Below are positions 49,236 to 58,085 of a DNA stretch of 64,000 bases, in pieces. Position 1 is the first letter of the stretch, and each line of letters starts with the position of its first letter. The stretch lies in NCBI GenBank assembly GCA_964644695.1, contig CAZXWN010000009.1, positions 1-64,000 of the forward strand, read 5' to 3'. The stretch is from an uncultured bacterium (lineage in GTDB: Bacteria > UBP4 > UBA4092). Made by a program: the position numbers and the translations under genes. A model generated the notes under the pieces. The model saw only the letters and a program-made list of their open reading frames with translations. It searched no databases and had not been told where the DNA came from.

Positions 49236-50771
49236 TTACTGATAGAGCGGCCAGTTAGAGTTGATAGAAGATACTGTTTCGGCTCGGAACTGGTCAGCCC
49301 TTGTTCCCAACATATTAGAGTTGGTGGTAAACAATTCATGGAATCCGATCCCGAATTGTCCGGAACTGATAGAAGAATCGGTGGCGGTATGGATGACCTG
49401 TCCATCAAGTTTATAGGTGATTTGGGACCCCAGACATTCAATCCTGAATTTCCGCCAGCCCGATGACGGGTAATAGACGGGAGAGGGATTAAAGTCGGTC
49501 AGAGTCCCTGTATTGGCTTTTCCGCACCAGAGGCGGCCATTACCAGAATCCCAGGCCATGAAATAACAGGACCCTGCGGTTCCGGGTGAATCCTTGAATC
49601 CTCCATAACCGGTATCGCGGGCGAAAATCCCCACGCGTTCATAGCCGTTGGATACCAGTTCCGGCCGATATTCGCAGTAGAGGTAACATTCGACGGCATA
49701 ATCGGAGTCGGTGGAATAACCGGCCCGAATGGAATCATATCCACCACTGGGGTCTTTGACAGTGATGACATATCCGTCTCCTCCGGGTGATGCCGTCGAA
49801 AAGTAACCAACGGTAGGTTGAACGAATTTAGCCGTCCATGTCATTTCCGGACCCCCCACCGGGAAGTTATCCGTGTATGGGAAACCGGGTTGCGAGGAAG
49901 TCTGTCCGGTATAGGCGGGGAAGGTGATTTTATTCCACCAGATATAACTGGAGCGGAGATGGTTACTATGGTCATTAGCCTGATTTCCCTCAAACCCGTT
50001 TACCTGGAACTGTCCAGAGATGGTCTTATCCCGATAAATCAATTCTGCTGAGGTTCCCGAGTAAGTAAAGGGAACGGTGCCACTGAAGGGCGTCCGAGTC
50101 AGACCTAGATTGTTTATCAGGTACTGGGCGGTTTCGGAAGTAGAGGCATAAGTCCCCGGCATGATTTGGGTATGAGTCATTACCCACCACCTCTGATTTA
50201 CAACGGCTTCCCGACAGTATCGGAGGAACGGTGCCATGTTGGTGGAACTGACACTGGGCTTGGCTGGGGCGTAACTGGCATAAGGGGTATCCAGCATACA
50301 AAGGGCATCAATTTGCTGGTAATCCGATTCTCTTAGAAGGATTTGTTTGATGCCGCCAAAAGCCGCAGACCAACCTGAAAGACAGATAAAACGATATTGG
50401 GGATTGGTCGTATAACCTATGGCTCGTAAGCGGTCTTTACCCAGGTCGAGAATTTGCTGGAAGCTGGTCGAAGGTGAGAAGTAGGTGTCATAAGCCCCCG
50501 AAAGACTTCCGGTCGTCAGGCTGAAGAGGATGGCCTGTTTCCCCGTTTTCATGAACTGGGTCGTCATCAGAGACAAGTCCCCGTGAAGATGAATGAGGGT
50601 ATCTACATTGTCCCCATCGGGTGTCCAGTTTGCCGGAATATAGAGATACAGGGGAGTATTCGTCAGTTTATAGAGTTGAGAGGTGGATACACTGTAACTC
50701 CATGATGCTGAAGATAGAAATAGACTACACAAGATAACCAGTATTCCAATTATTCGAAAATGTTTAGGCAT
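49236..50771 (-). CDS. Secreted protein with alpha/beta-hydrolase-like N-domain and beta-sandwich (DUF1080/LamG-like) C-domain
   Basis: Signal peptide; LIHLHG, GWSAAFGG elbow, LD, DH; C-terminal GWRKFRIEC...ITYKLDG...SSGQFGI. Confidence 0.65.
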   Translation of the reverse strand: MPKHFRIIGILVILCSLFLSSASWSYSVSTSQLYKLTNTPLYLYIPANWTPDGDNVDTLIHLHGDLSLMTTQFMKTGKQAILFSLTTGSLSGAYDTYFSPSTSFQQILDLGKDRLRAIGYTTNPQYRFICLSGWSAAFGGIKQILLRESDYQQIDALCMLDTPYASYAPAKPSVSSTNMAPFLRYCREAVVNQRWWVMTHTQIMPGTYASTSETAQYLINNLGLTRTPFSGTVPFTYSGTSAELIYRDKTISGQFQVNGFEGNQANDHSNHLRSSYIWWNKITFPAYTGQTSSQPGFPYTDNFPVGGPEMTWTAKFVQPTVGYFSTASPGGDGYVITVKDPSGGYDSIRAGYSTDSDYAVECYLYCEYRPELVSNGYERVGIFARDTGYGGFKDSPGTAGSCYFMAWDSGNGRLWCGKANTGTLTDFNPSPVYYPSSGWRKFRIECLGSQITYKLDGQVIHTATDSSISSGQFGIGFHELFTTNSNMLGTRADQFRAETVSSINSNWPLYQ

Positions 50772-50969
50772 ATCCCAGAACCTTCCTAAAATAATGTAGA
50801 TATTTGCGTCGCTTGTAAAACAGTACCCTCTTTGAGTCTGGATGAGATTATAACCATGATTTATCGGATTTGGCAAGAAATAGGAGCCTTTCGGAACTAA
50901 TTGGTGTGGAGAGAGGGTTTATATGTTAATAGATTGGACACTGTTTGTGGTTTTTGGGAGGAATAGAAT

Positions 50970-51605
50970 ATGGACAGTAAATGGATTCTCCTGAGTTTGA
51001 TTGTATTAGCAGGTCTGAGTGTCATGGCTTGGGCGGTGACGGAAGGTAAGTCGGTGGCAATCAAAAAATCCGTTAAATCCGAGTCATCGGTCAGTAAGGA
51101 TACGACCCTATATACTTTTGTGATGAAAGATATCGACGGTAAAGATGTGAGGTTATCGGATTATAAGGGCAAGGTAGTCCTGATTGTGAATGTGGCATCC
51201 AAATGTGGTTTTACTTCACAGTACAAAGGATTGGAAGCCCTTTATCGAGAATACAAAAACAAGGGGTTTGTCGTACTGGGGTTCCCCAGCAATAACTTCA
51301 TGGGCCAGGAACCAGGCAGTAATAAAGAAATCAAAGAGTTTTGTACTTTGAAATATGATGTTACTTTTCCCATGTTCGAGAAGATTGAAGTAAAAGGGAA
51401 GGACCAACACGCCTTGTATCAATGGCTGACTTCCGGCGGCGGTGATGCGAAACTGGCAGGCCCCATCAGCTGGAATTTTAACAAGTTCCTCATCGGTAAA
51501 GACGGAAAGATTATTACCCGGTGGGGTTCCCGAACCACTCCGGAAGATTCCGAAATCGTTAAAGAAGTGGTGGCGGCACTGAATCGAAAACCTTCTGCAA
51601 AGTAG
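50970..51605 (+). CDS. Glutathione peroxidase family protein (Cys type) with signal peptide
   Basis: NVASKCG, LGFPSNNF, WNFNKFL motifs. Confidence 0.93.
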   Translation: MDSKWILLSLIVLAGLSVMAWAVTEGKSVAIKKSVKSESSVSKDTTLYTFVMKDIDGKDVRLSDYKGKVVLIVNVASKCGFTSQYKGLEALYREYKNKGFVVLGFPSNNFMGQEPGSNKEIKEFCTLKYDVTFPMFEKIEVKGKDQHALYQWLTSGGGDAKLAGPISWNFNKFLIGKDGKIITRWGSRTTPEDSEIVKEVVAALNRKPSAK

Positions 51606-51617
51606 AGAGAAAAAAAC

Positions 51618-51652
51618 AAAACCGGTCCATTCAAGGGAATGGGCCGGTTTTT
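51618..51652. terminator. Bidirectional intrinsic terminator
   Basis: AAAACCGGTCCATTC/GAATGGGCCGGTTTT. Confidence 0.8.
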
Positions 51653-51666
51653 ATTATGCGGAGGGT

Positions 51667-52170
51667 TTAACGATATTCGGTTCTCCAAATATCGCCTTTA
51701 CTGTTTAGACCATTGGTGGGGTCATAGGTCACCGGAAGTGATTTGAGAATATTCCGGTCCATGGTCAAGGCTGAATAGATGGAGAGTTTGGCCTTTTTCG
51801 CAGGATACCCAATGTCCATGATTTTATCCGGACCGACGGAAACGACGATCCACTGGCTGCTGTTTGAACAATATAATAATGGGTTATTAGGTTCTTTCTT
51901 ATATGAGTCAGGGAGCGTTGATTTGTAGTAGGCAACCGGTGTTGTTAATGATTTAGGAGGGATCGGCTGTCCGAGATTATTGGTATCTGGTTGGGGATAC
52001 GCATTGTTATCCACACAATAAGATTCCAAGGCGGTTGCGGTACTCCGAAGGGTATTTTTCATTTGTACATAAGCGGATTCTTCCCAATTACCAACCCCCA
52101 TAAAAAGAAGACCCGCCAGAAGAATGAAAGTTATCAATAAGAATTTCCCCAGTTTTGATTTAAGTGACAT
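51667..52170 (-). CDS. GspG/pilin-like globular domain protein without a class III signal
   Basis: TALESYCVDNNAYP, LTTPVAY, SVGPD, YDPTNGLNSKGDIWR; the N-terminal TM lacks G|FxxxE. Confidence 0.7.
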   Translation of the reverse strand: MSLKSKLGKFLLITFILLAGLLFMGVGNWEESAYVQMKNTLRSTATALESYCVDNNAYPQPDTNNLGQPIPPKSLTTPVAYYKSTLPDSYKKEPNNPLLYCSNSSQWIVVSVGPDKIMDIGYPAKKAKLSIYSALTMDRNILKSLPVTYDPTNGLNSKGDIWRTEYR

Positions 52171-52287
52171 AACATACGCCTCCAAGTTTTTTATCTTGCA
52201 AAGTCTTAATGGGATTCATCATACTTTATAATGACAATTTATACCAACTAATTATTGACCGATTCATGAATAGAAGAACTATAAACA

Positions 52288-53703
52288 ATGTGTGATTTTT
52301 GTCAGATGGGTGCAGTGACAGGGTTTGTTCGGTGTTGGGAGACGAGAGACCCCCTGGCGGGGATACGCGTATCCAATGGACGGAACATCGTCTATACCGA
52401 TGAGAATGGAAAATTTACTTTACCCGTAAAACATGGAGAGACGGTGTTTGTCATCAAGCCTCGGGACTGGTCGGTGGTTCAGAATGAAAATGGAGTCCCG
52501 GAATTTTTCCATCGAGTCAGTGATGATTATGCAGAGATGGAGTTTCTTTTGGAACCCACTCCGGAACCGGATGATTTTCGGATGGTGATTTTAACCGATC
52601 CCCATCTCACAGGTAGAGACGAGGATTTAAGTAATCTGGACCGAAGTTTATTGTCAGAATTACGATTGTTGGATTTCCAGTGGGCGTCAGTTCTGGGTGA
52701 TATTGCGACGAATCGTCCCGACTTACTGAAAGAATTTAAGGCCGTAATGGGAAGTTTGCGGCGGCCCTGGTATCCAGTGGTTGGAAACCATGACCGGAAT
52801 TATGAGGGTGTTCACGATGACACCTGGACCCAAATCATGTCACCGGAGTATTACAGTTTTGATTATGGCCCGGTCCATGTGCTGGTATTGGATGACTATC
52901 CCAATTATGACCCGGACCCGTTACGAATCGATTATGCTTTTGGACCGGATCAGATGCGATATATTGAACAAGACTTGAAGTTGATACCCCCTTCAAAACC
53001 GGTCTTATTACTGATGCACATTTCATTGAATCAAGTGAAGGAGTGCAGGGAAGTCTGTCAGTTATTGGAAGGCCGTCCGGTGGTTTTTTCGGTATCTGGG
53101 CATGCGCACAACCAAAGTTGTTTTCGACTTACGCCTGAGCAGGGATGGAATTCGGAGTTTCCTCACTGGCATATCATTCTCTCTGCTGCCTGTGGGGCGT
53201 GGTGGATGGGAGCCCGAGACGAGTTTGGCATCCCTCATGCACTTCAGGGGGATGGGACACCCACGGGATATTTGGTCATCGAGTTTAATAAGGGTCAATT
53301 TCATCCCCGGTTCAAGGTGTCTGGTAGACAAGGCGATTTCCAGATGTCTTTATATGCGCCCTCCTTCGTTTCTGCTTCGTTCCCGGAACCGGTATCCTTT
53401 ATAGTTAACGCCTATTTAGCATCAAGGGAAGACACTATGGAAGGTCGTCTGGATGACGGGACATGGTTTCCTCTGGTGTGGGAGAAAGGACCTGATGGAT
53501 TTCAGGTGGAGACACTGGCCCGGGAACAAGCGATTAACAGCCTACTCGTCCAGCCAATTTCTGCGACTCAGGACTGTGACCACCGATGGGTTGGAACTCT
53601 TCCCCGGGATTTAAGCCCCGGTTTTCATCTGCTGGAAATCCGGCATCGAAACCCCTGGGGTGATGAACATCAAGCCAGTCAAATCATTAAAGTAACGGAA
53701 TAA
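52288..53703 (+). CDS. Calcineurin-like metallophosphoesterase with N- and C-terminal accessory domains
   Basis: DPH, LGD, GNHD, MHI, SGHAH, ACGAWW and DGTPTGY motifs. Confidence 0.88.
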   Translation: MCDFCQMGAVTGFVRCWETRDPLAGIRVSNGRNIVYTDENGKFTLPVKHGETVFVIKPRDWSVVQNENGVPEFFHRVSDDYAEMEFLLEPTPEPDDFRMVILTDPHLTGRDEDLSNLDRSLLSELRLLDFQWASVLGDIATNRPDLLKEFKAVMGSLRRPWYPVVGNHDRNYEGVHDDTWTQIMSPEYYSFDYGPVHVLVLDDYPNYDPDPLRIDYAFGPDQMRYIEQDLKLIPPSKPVLLLMHISLNQVKECREVCQLLEGRPVVFSVSGHAHNQSCFRLTPEQGWNSEFPHWHIILSAACGAWWMGARDEFGIPHALQGDGTPTGYLVIEFNKGQFHPRFKVSGRQGDFQMSLYAPSFVSASFPEPVSFIVNAYLASREDTMEGRLDDGTWFPLVWEKGPDGFQVETLAREQAINSLLVQPISATQDCDHRWVGTLPRDLSPGFHLLEIRHRNPWGDEHQASQIIKVTE

Positions 53704-53715
53704 AGAAAAATAAGA

Positions 53716-53751
53716 AACCCGGTCCTCAGAAATGAGGACCGGGTTATTTTT
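53716..53751. terminator. Bidirectional intrinsic terminator
   Basis: AACCCGGTCCTCA-GAAA-TGAGGACCGGGTT. Confidence 0.85.
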
Positions 53752-53760
53752 ATATTCAAA

Positions 53761-55308
53761 TTATTCTGGATTCTGAATCAGGATTTTATCGACAGGGTAA
53801 AAGGGCTGACAGAAGATTTTCCATGCGGGGTTGGGCCCCAGGATTTCTTCATCTGTTTTGGGTTGGAGGTTTTCCTGGTCCAGATATTTTTTGGCAATAT
53901 CTTTTTCGTAAGATTTTAGCCAGGGATAGAGAATCGCCAACGCCTGATATTTTCCAAAATCAGAATCCCACATACGCGGCATAATATGCTTAAAGGCTTC
54001 CGGATGTCCGGACCGTGCCAGCGTTGCCAGGTCAGGTTTCCATCGAGAGTTTTGCGAAGTGAAATTAGAATAGATAAATTCCCTCATAAATGTTGGATTA
54101 AAGATGATTTGTTCTTTCAGGAATTTATCCCGGAATTCTCCATTACCCAAGAAAGGATATCCTACATAAGAAGAACGGTAATAATTTTCTGCATACCAGG
54201 TGTTCTTTGTCATTTTTTCCATAACCTGCTGCCAGGACTGGATTTCCTTTTCGGAGTGAGATGTGTTCGCAATAATGCGGCGTGCCAACGGATATATCTG
54301 TTGAATGCGAACGATAGATGTATCCTTACTCAACATTTCCTTTGTTGCCGAGTTGATGGTTTTAAGTAACTTTTTTTGGTAAGAAGTGGTGATCTGTTTA
54401 GGTGGAGATAAGACAATGGCGGCATTCTGGAGAACGCCAATATAGGAGGAGAGTACCCGAATCTGCGAATCAGTGGTTAGAGTATCCAGACAATCCTCTG
54501 CCAGAAGTTTCCAGTCCGGATCAGACCAGAGTTTTGATTGAAGGTAGATTGAATACGAGGTATCAAAGGAATGGTATGACCAGAAATTATCAAAAGAATT
54601 ATTGGAATCCCGGCGCATATTTGGATTCATGGATAAAATCATCCACCGTCTCCATTCAGGAGAAGACTCTTTTTTGATTTGTTCTTCCATAAAAGAAAGG
54701 GCATTGTTTGTATAACCATGAAGATATGACAATAAGATCTCTTGTCTAATTGCTCTTTTTCTGAGAGACGGTACAGAGGAATAAATCAATGGTTTAAGAT
54801 TAATGTAGTCGAGTCTTCTCATGAGATAGTCATTCTGTTCCCTTAATTCCGGGGTATCGAAATTATCTTTCTGAATCGTTAGATATTCGAGGGATTTGGC
54901 ATATTCCTGGGCACGAAAATGAACCTGCGCCAGTTTAATTAGGGCATTGGGAGTCCATTTCCCGTCAGGATAGTCATAAAAGAGCTGGAGCAGATAAGGG
55001 ACAGCTTCTTTATCGTTTTTCTGATAGATGTAACCCCATCCAATAACATGAAGGAGTTCAATCTTTTTATCTTTAGAAATTCTTTTATTGTTATTCAGGA
55101 GTGATTGAGCGGTTGTGGTGCAGTTGATGACCCAGTGTTCTTTGTTGGATATGACATCGGGAGTTGTTTCTCCCGACAGTGTTTGTTGGTAGAGGGCAAA
55201 GTCATCAATACATTTTTGGTATTGCTGGTTCCAATCGTTGGTGGTGGCAGCAAATCCCAGGCTGACCAGTAAGATAGAGAGTGTTAGTAGAATCCCCAGT
55301 GATTTCAT
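53761..55308 (-). CDS. Secreted TPR-containing hypothetical protein
   Basis: Signal peptide; TPR-like IGWGY..EAV..YPDGKWTPNALIKLAQ..EYAKS. Confidence 0.65.
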   Translation of the reverse strand: MKSLGILLTLSILLVSLGFAATTNDWNQQYQKCIDDFALYQQTLSGETTPDVISNKEHWVINCTTTAQSLLNNNKRISKDKKIELLHVIGWGYIYQKNDKEAVPYLLQLFYDYPDGKWTPNALIKLAQVHFRAQEYAKSLEYLTIQKDNFDTPELREQNDYLMRRLDYINLKPLIYSSVPSLRKRAIRQEILLSYLHGYTNNALSFMEEQIKKESSPEWRRWMILSMNPNMRRDSNNSFDNFWSYHSFDTSYSIYLQSKLWSDPDWKLLAEDCLDTLTTDSQIRVLSSYIGVLQNAAIVLSPPKQITTSYQKKLLKTINSATKEMLSKDTSIVRIQQIYPLARRIIANTSHSEKEIQSWQQVMEKMTKNTWYAENYYRSSYVGYPFLGNGEFRDKFLKEQIIFNPTFMREFIYSNFTSQNSRWKPDLATLARSGHPEAFKHIMPRMWDSDFGKYQALAILYPWLKSYEKDIAKKYLDQENLQPKTDEEILGPNPAWKIFCQPFYPVDKILIQNPE

Positions 55309-55463
55309 TTGAAATATCCTTTTCCTCCAAGACATGTTTTTACCGTAATATACCACTGATACTTCCAATGTCATAATTTTGATGACCGGGGAATCAGGTC
55401 CATAAAAAGAAAACCCGAACGAACCTGGATTCGCCCGGGTATTGTGAAGAGACTTGTTTGGAA

Positions 55464-56540
55464 TTATTTTCCGGTTACGATGCCTTCGGGGGAAATGGAT
55501 TTCACTCCGGTGACGCCGGTGTAAGCAATCGCCTTCATGGAGGTAGAGATACTGGCACCGGGGGCAATCCGGACCGCGCCACCTTCTTTCAAAATCTGAT
55601 GAAATCCACCTGCGGTGGCGTAGCTGGTCCAGGGTTCAAGTGCCAGGGTGTAGTAGCGTCCATAGGAGGGGTATCCGTAGGCACCCCCAAAAACCATCCA
55701 GTACCAGATATGTTTGAAGAAGTTATGGTCCCAAGTCATTCCAAAGCCGGTCTGGAGTTTCTGGTTGGTGAGTGCATACCATCCCGCCTCAAGGTCTGTG
55801 AGGAAACACATATCCATTGAGCGGTCTGATTTAGGAGGGATTATGGATAAATCAACTTTTCCCAATCCATCCGCTCTTTTTATCATCGGCCAGGGGCTGA
55901 ATTCACCCGGAGCAACTCTGTTCCCGGGAGAGGGGTCTTTGGCGGACTCAATGTTTTTGGCCGGGACATCAATGACACAATTTTCGTCCAGGAATCGGCC
56001 CCCAAATGCAGGGTGATGGCCCCACATGAAGTGCATTTCTTCTTCGCCTTCATTGGTGACTGTTTCGTCAATATGAAGGATAGCCTCGTTCGCTTTTAAG
56101 CGGAGTGTTTTTACGAGTGAATAGGGAGATCTGACAGTTCGGACTGAAAACTTAACGGCAACCTCTTCTTCCGTATCCAGGATAATCTGGGGTTTCCACG
56201 GCAGAAGAGGTGTTTCGGAATGAAGTCCAAACTCGGCTCCTTTGTATTCTGTCGTCCATCCACCTACCGGAAAAATCTCCTGCCATCCACCGAAGTAATA
56301 ATCAGTAAAACTTCCACCCCCTGCGGCAACAGTCGGGATAAACCGGTCTGGATTGCGGAATCCCAGAGGGTTTCGCCACATAAAATCCAAATCCAGCGGC
56401 TTATAAACAAATTCAAAAATGTCGGTGCCTTTATCGACTAATATTCCAATACGGAGTAACTCATTTTCAATAATGACAGCTTTATATCCATGAAAGGTGT
56501 ACGCATCACTGACCCGACAGCCATAATTTCGCAATCGCAT
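55464..56540 (-). CDS. Aldose 1-epimerase / galactose mutarotase-like protein
   Basis: GGWQEIFP, HSE, WGHHPAF and LALEPWTS motifs. Confidence 0.82.
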   Translation of the reverse strand: MRLRNYGCRVSDAYTFHGYKAVIIENELLRIGILVDKGTDIFEFVYKPLDLDFMWRNPLGFRNPDRFIPTVAAGGGSFTDYYFGGWQEIFPVGGWTTEYKGAEFGLHSETPLLPWKPQIILDTEEEVAVKFSVRTVRSPYSLVKTLRLKANEAILHIDETVTNEGEEEMHFMWGHHPAFGGRFLDENCVIDVPAKNIESAKDPSPGNRVAPGEFSPWPMIKRADGLGKVDLSIIPPKSDRSMDMCFLTDLEAGWYALTNQKLQTGFGMTWDHNFFKHIWYWMVFGGAYGYPSYGRYYTLALEPWTSYATAGGFHQILKEGGAVRIAPGASISTSMKAIAYTGVTGVKSISPEGIVTGK

Positions 56541-56754
56541 AGGAAACCTCCAGAATTAAATCATCAATAACATGTAAAGAACCTGTTTTCAAGGTTATCT
56601 CTGATTACTCATTTTCCCCCAGTCAGCCTGTTCTGGCAACCCAAAACCTGCACCACAACCTGTTAAGCAGGTTATCCTTTTTTGACAAAGAGTACGGCCC
56701 TGAGTGATACTTACATCGTCTTAGGAAAAGGCGTAGTACTTTTGGAGCCGACTA

Positions 56755-57501
56755 TTGAATAAACGAGAACAAGTCTGTAGTCTATCGCATGGAATTTGCA
56801 GCCATCTAACCTTAATGATTACAGATGACCCCCAGTTAAAGGCTGTCTACTCGCGAGCAATGGGGCAGCGATGTTTTGGTTATTTGGCCAGTTCGCAGGA
56901 AGAGGCCGCCCGACTCTGTAAAATCAATCCACCTCATATTGTTTTTATTGATCAGGCCTTACCGGAAGGCATTGCAGAAAAAATCGTTGAATGGTTTAAG
57001 CGGAATCATCCTGCGGCGATTTTAGTTTTTCTTCATCAGAAATCATCTATGGATGTTTTGAAACGGTTATGGGGAAAAGTATCTGAGCTGATTGAGAAGC
57101 CGGCCACAGAATCTGTGATCCAGTGGATATATGAGAAGTATTGTCTATATCCGAAAACGGGAACTACGGTGTGGCATCTAGCCAATCAGCATATTAATCA
57201 AATGTATTCTGACCCGACCCTGTCCGAAAAACGAATTGCTGAGAGTCTGGGAATGAACAGTGCTTATTTTTCCCGGCTGTACTCCTCAGCAAATGGGCAG
57301 ACATTCAAAGATGCTATTACCATGACTCGAATTGGGGAAGCCAAAAAACTTTTATTGGAATCAGATGCCCAGATTAAAGAGATAGCTCAAAAAGTTGGAT
57401 ATAATCATGTGGCCTCTTTTATCCGTGCGTTTAAGCAACTAACCGGGGAAACCCCTTCCGATTATCGGAAGCGGATCCAAAACACGCAAGCGATTGAGTA
57501 A
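56755..57501 (+). CDS. AraC-family regulator with atypical receiver domain
   Basis: C-terminal double HTH (YFSRLY, IKEIAQKVGY..FIRAFKQLTGETPSDYR); REC-like DD, FID, EKP. Start uncertain. Confidence 0.85.
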   Translation: MNKREQVCSLSHGICSHLTLMITDDPQLKAVYSRAMGQRCFGYLASSQEEAARLCKINPPHIVFIDQALPEGIAEKIVEWFKRNHPAAILVFLHQKSSMDVLKRLWGKVSELIEKPATESVIQWIYEKYCLYPKTGTTVWHLANQHINQMYSDPTLSEKRIAESLGMNSAYFSRLYSSANGQTFKDAITMTRIGEAKKLLLESDAQIKEIAQKVGYNHVASFIRAFKQLTGETPSDYRKRIQNTQAIE

Positions 57502-57520
57502 AAATATAAATGCAAATAAC

Positions 57521-57556
57521 AAAACCGGGTAGATAAATAATCTGCCCGGTTTTTTT
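57521..57556. terminator. Bidirectional intrinsic terminator
   Basis: AAAACCGGGTAGAT/ATCTGCCCGGTTTT. Confidence 0.8.
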
Positions 57557-57564
57557 ATTGTAGA

Positions 57565-57981
57565 TTAAGGCTTCAATGATTTCTCGCCAAAGGGATTGTT
57601 TTTCCGAAAAGCGTCTTCTCTTTCTTTTTCTTCTTTTAGACTCAATCGCATATTGTAATCCACACAGCGCTCAGCAGCATCTTTTCTTAACCATAAGAAT
57701 ACAATGGACCAGATTACAGATGCCAGAGCTATGAGGATTAAATGTGTTCGGTAATGATAACGATATGCAATACCATAATAATGGGGGGATCTCAGAAAAG
57801 ATAAAATAAGTGCAAGATACAGAAAATGAAAGGGTGCCACGAGGAGAAGCGTAATACATCCCCCTAAAAACTGTCGGGCATACAAATGACCAAGGCCTGG
57901 AACAATTAATGTTAAGAATCGAGCCGTCCCCGGATTTTTTCGTCTATACTTCTCTTCTGGTATCGGCATAGCAGCTCCCAT
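57565..57981 (-). CDS. Small membrane protein (TM2-like)
   Basis: KNPGTA..IVPGLGHLY motif followed by TM helices. Confidence 0.65.
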   Translation of the reverse strand: MGAAMPIPEEKYRRKNPGTARFLTLIVPGLGHLYARQFLGGCITLLLVAPFHFLYLALILSFLRSPHYYGIAYRYHYRTHLILIALASVIWSIVFLWLRKDAAERCVDYNMRLSLKEEKEREDAFRKNNPFGEKSLKP

Positions 57982-58085
57982 TGTTTTGAATATTGCATCA
58001 AGGGGATTATAAATTAACTTTTACTAATAATCAAAGGGAGGATGTCTTGAGCAAGTCTCTGTATGAAAAAATTGCGGAGGTGGAT

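Noticed and set aside
50970..51605. Selenocysteine recoding in the glutathione peroxidase
   Set aside because: The active-site codon is TGT (Cys) and there is no in-frame TGA.
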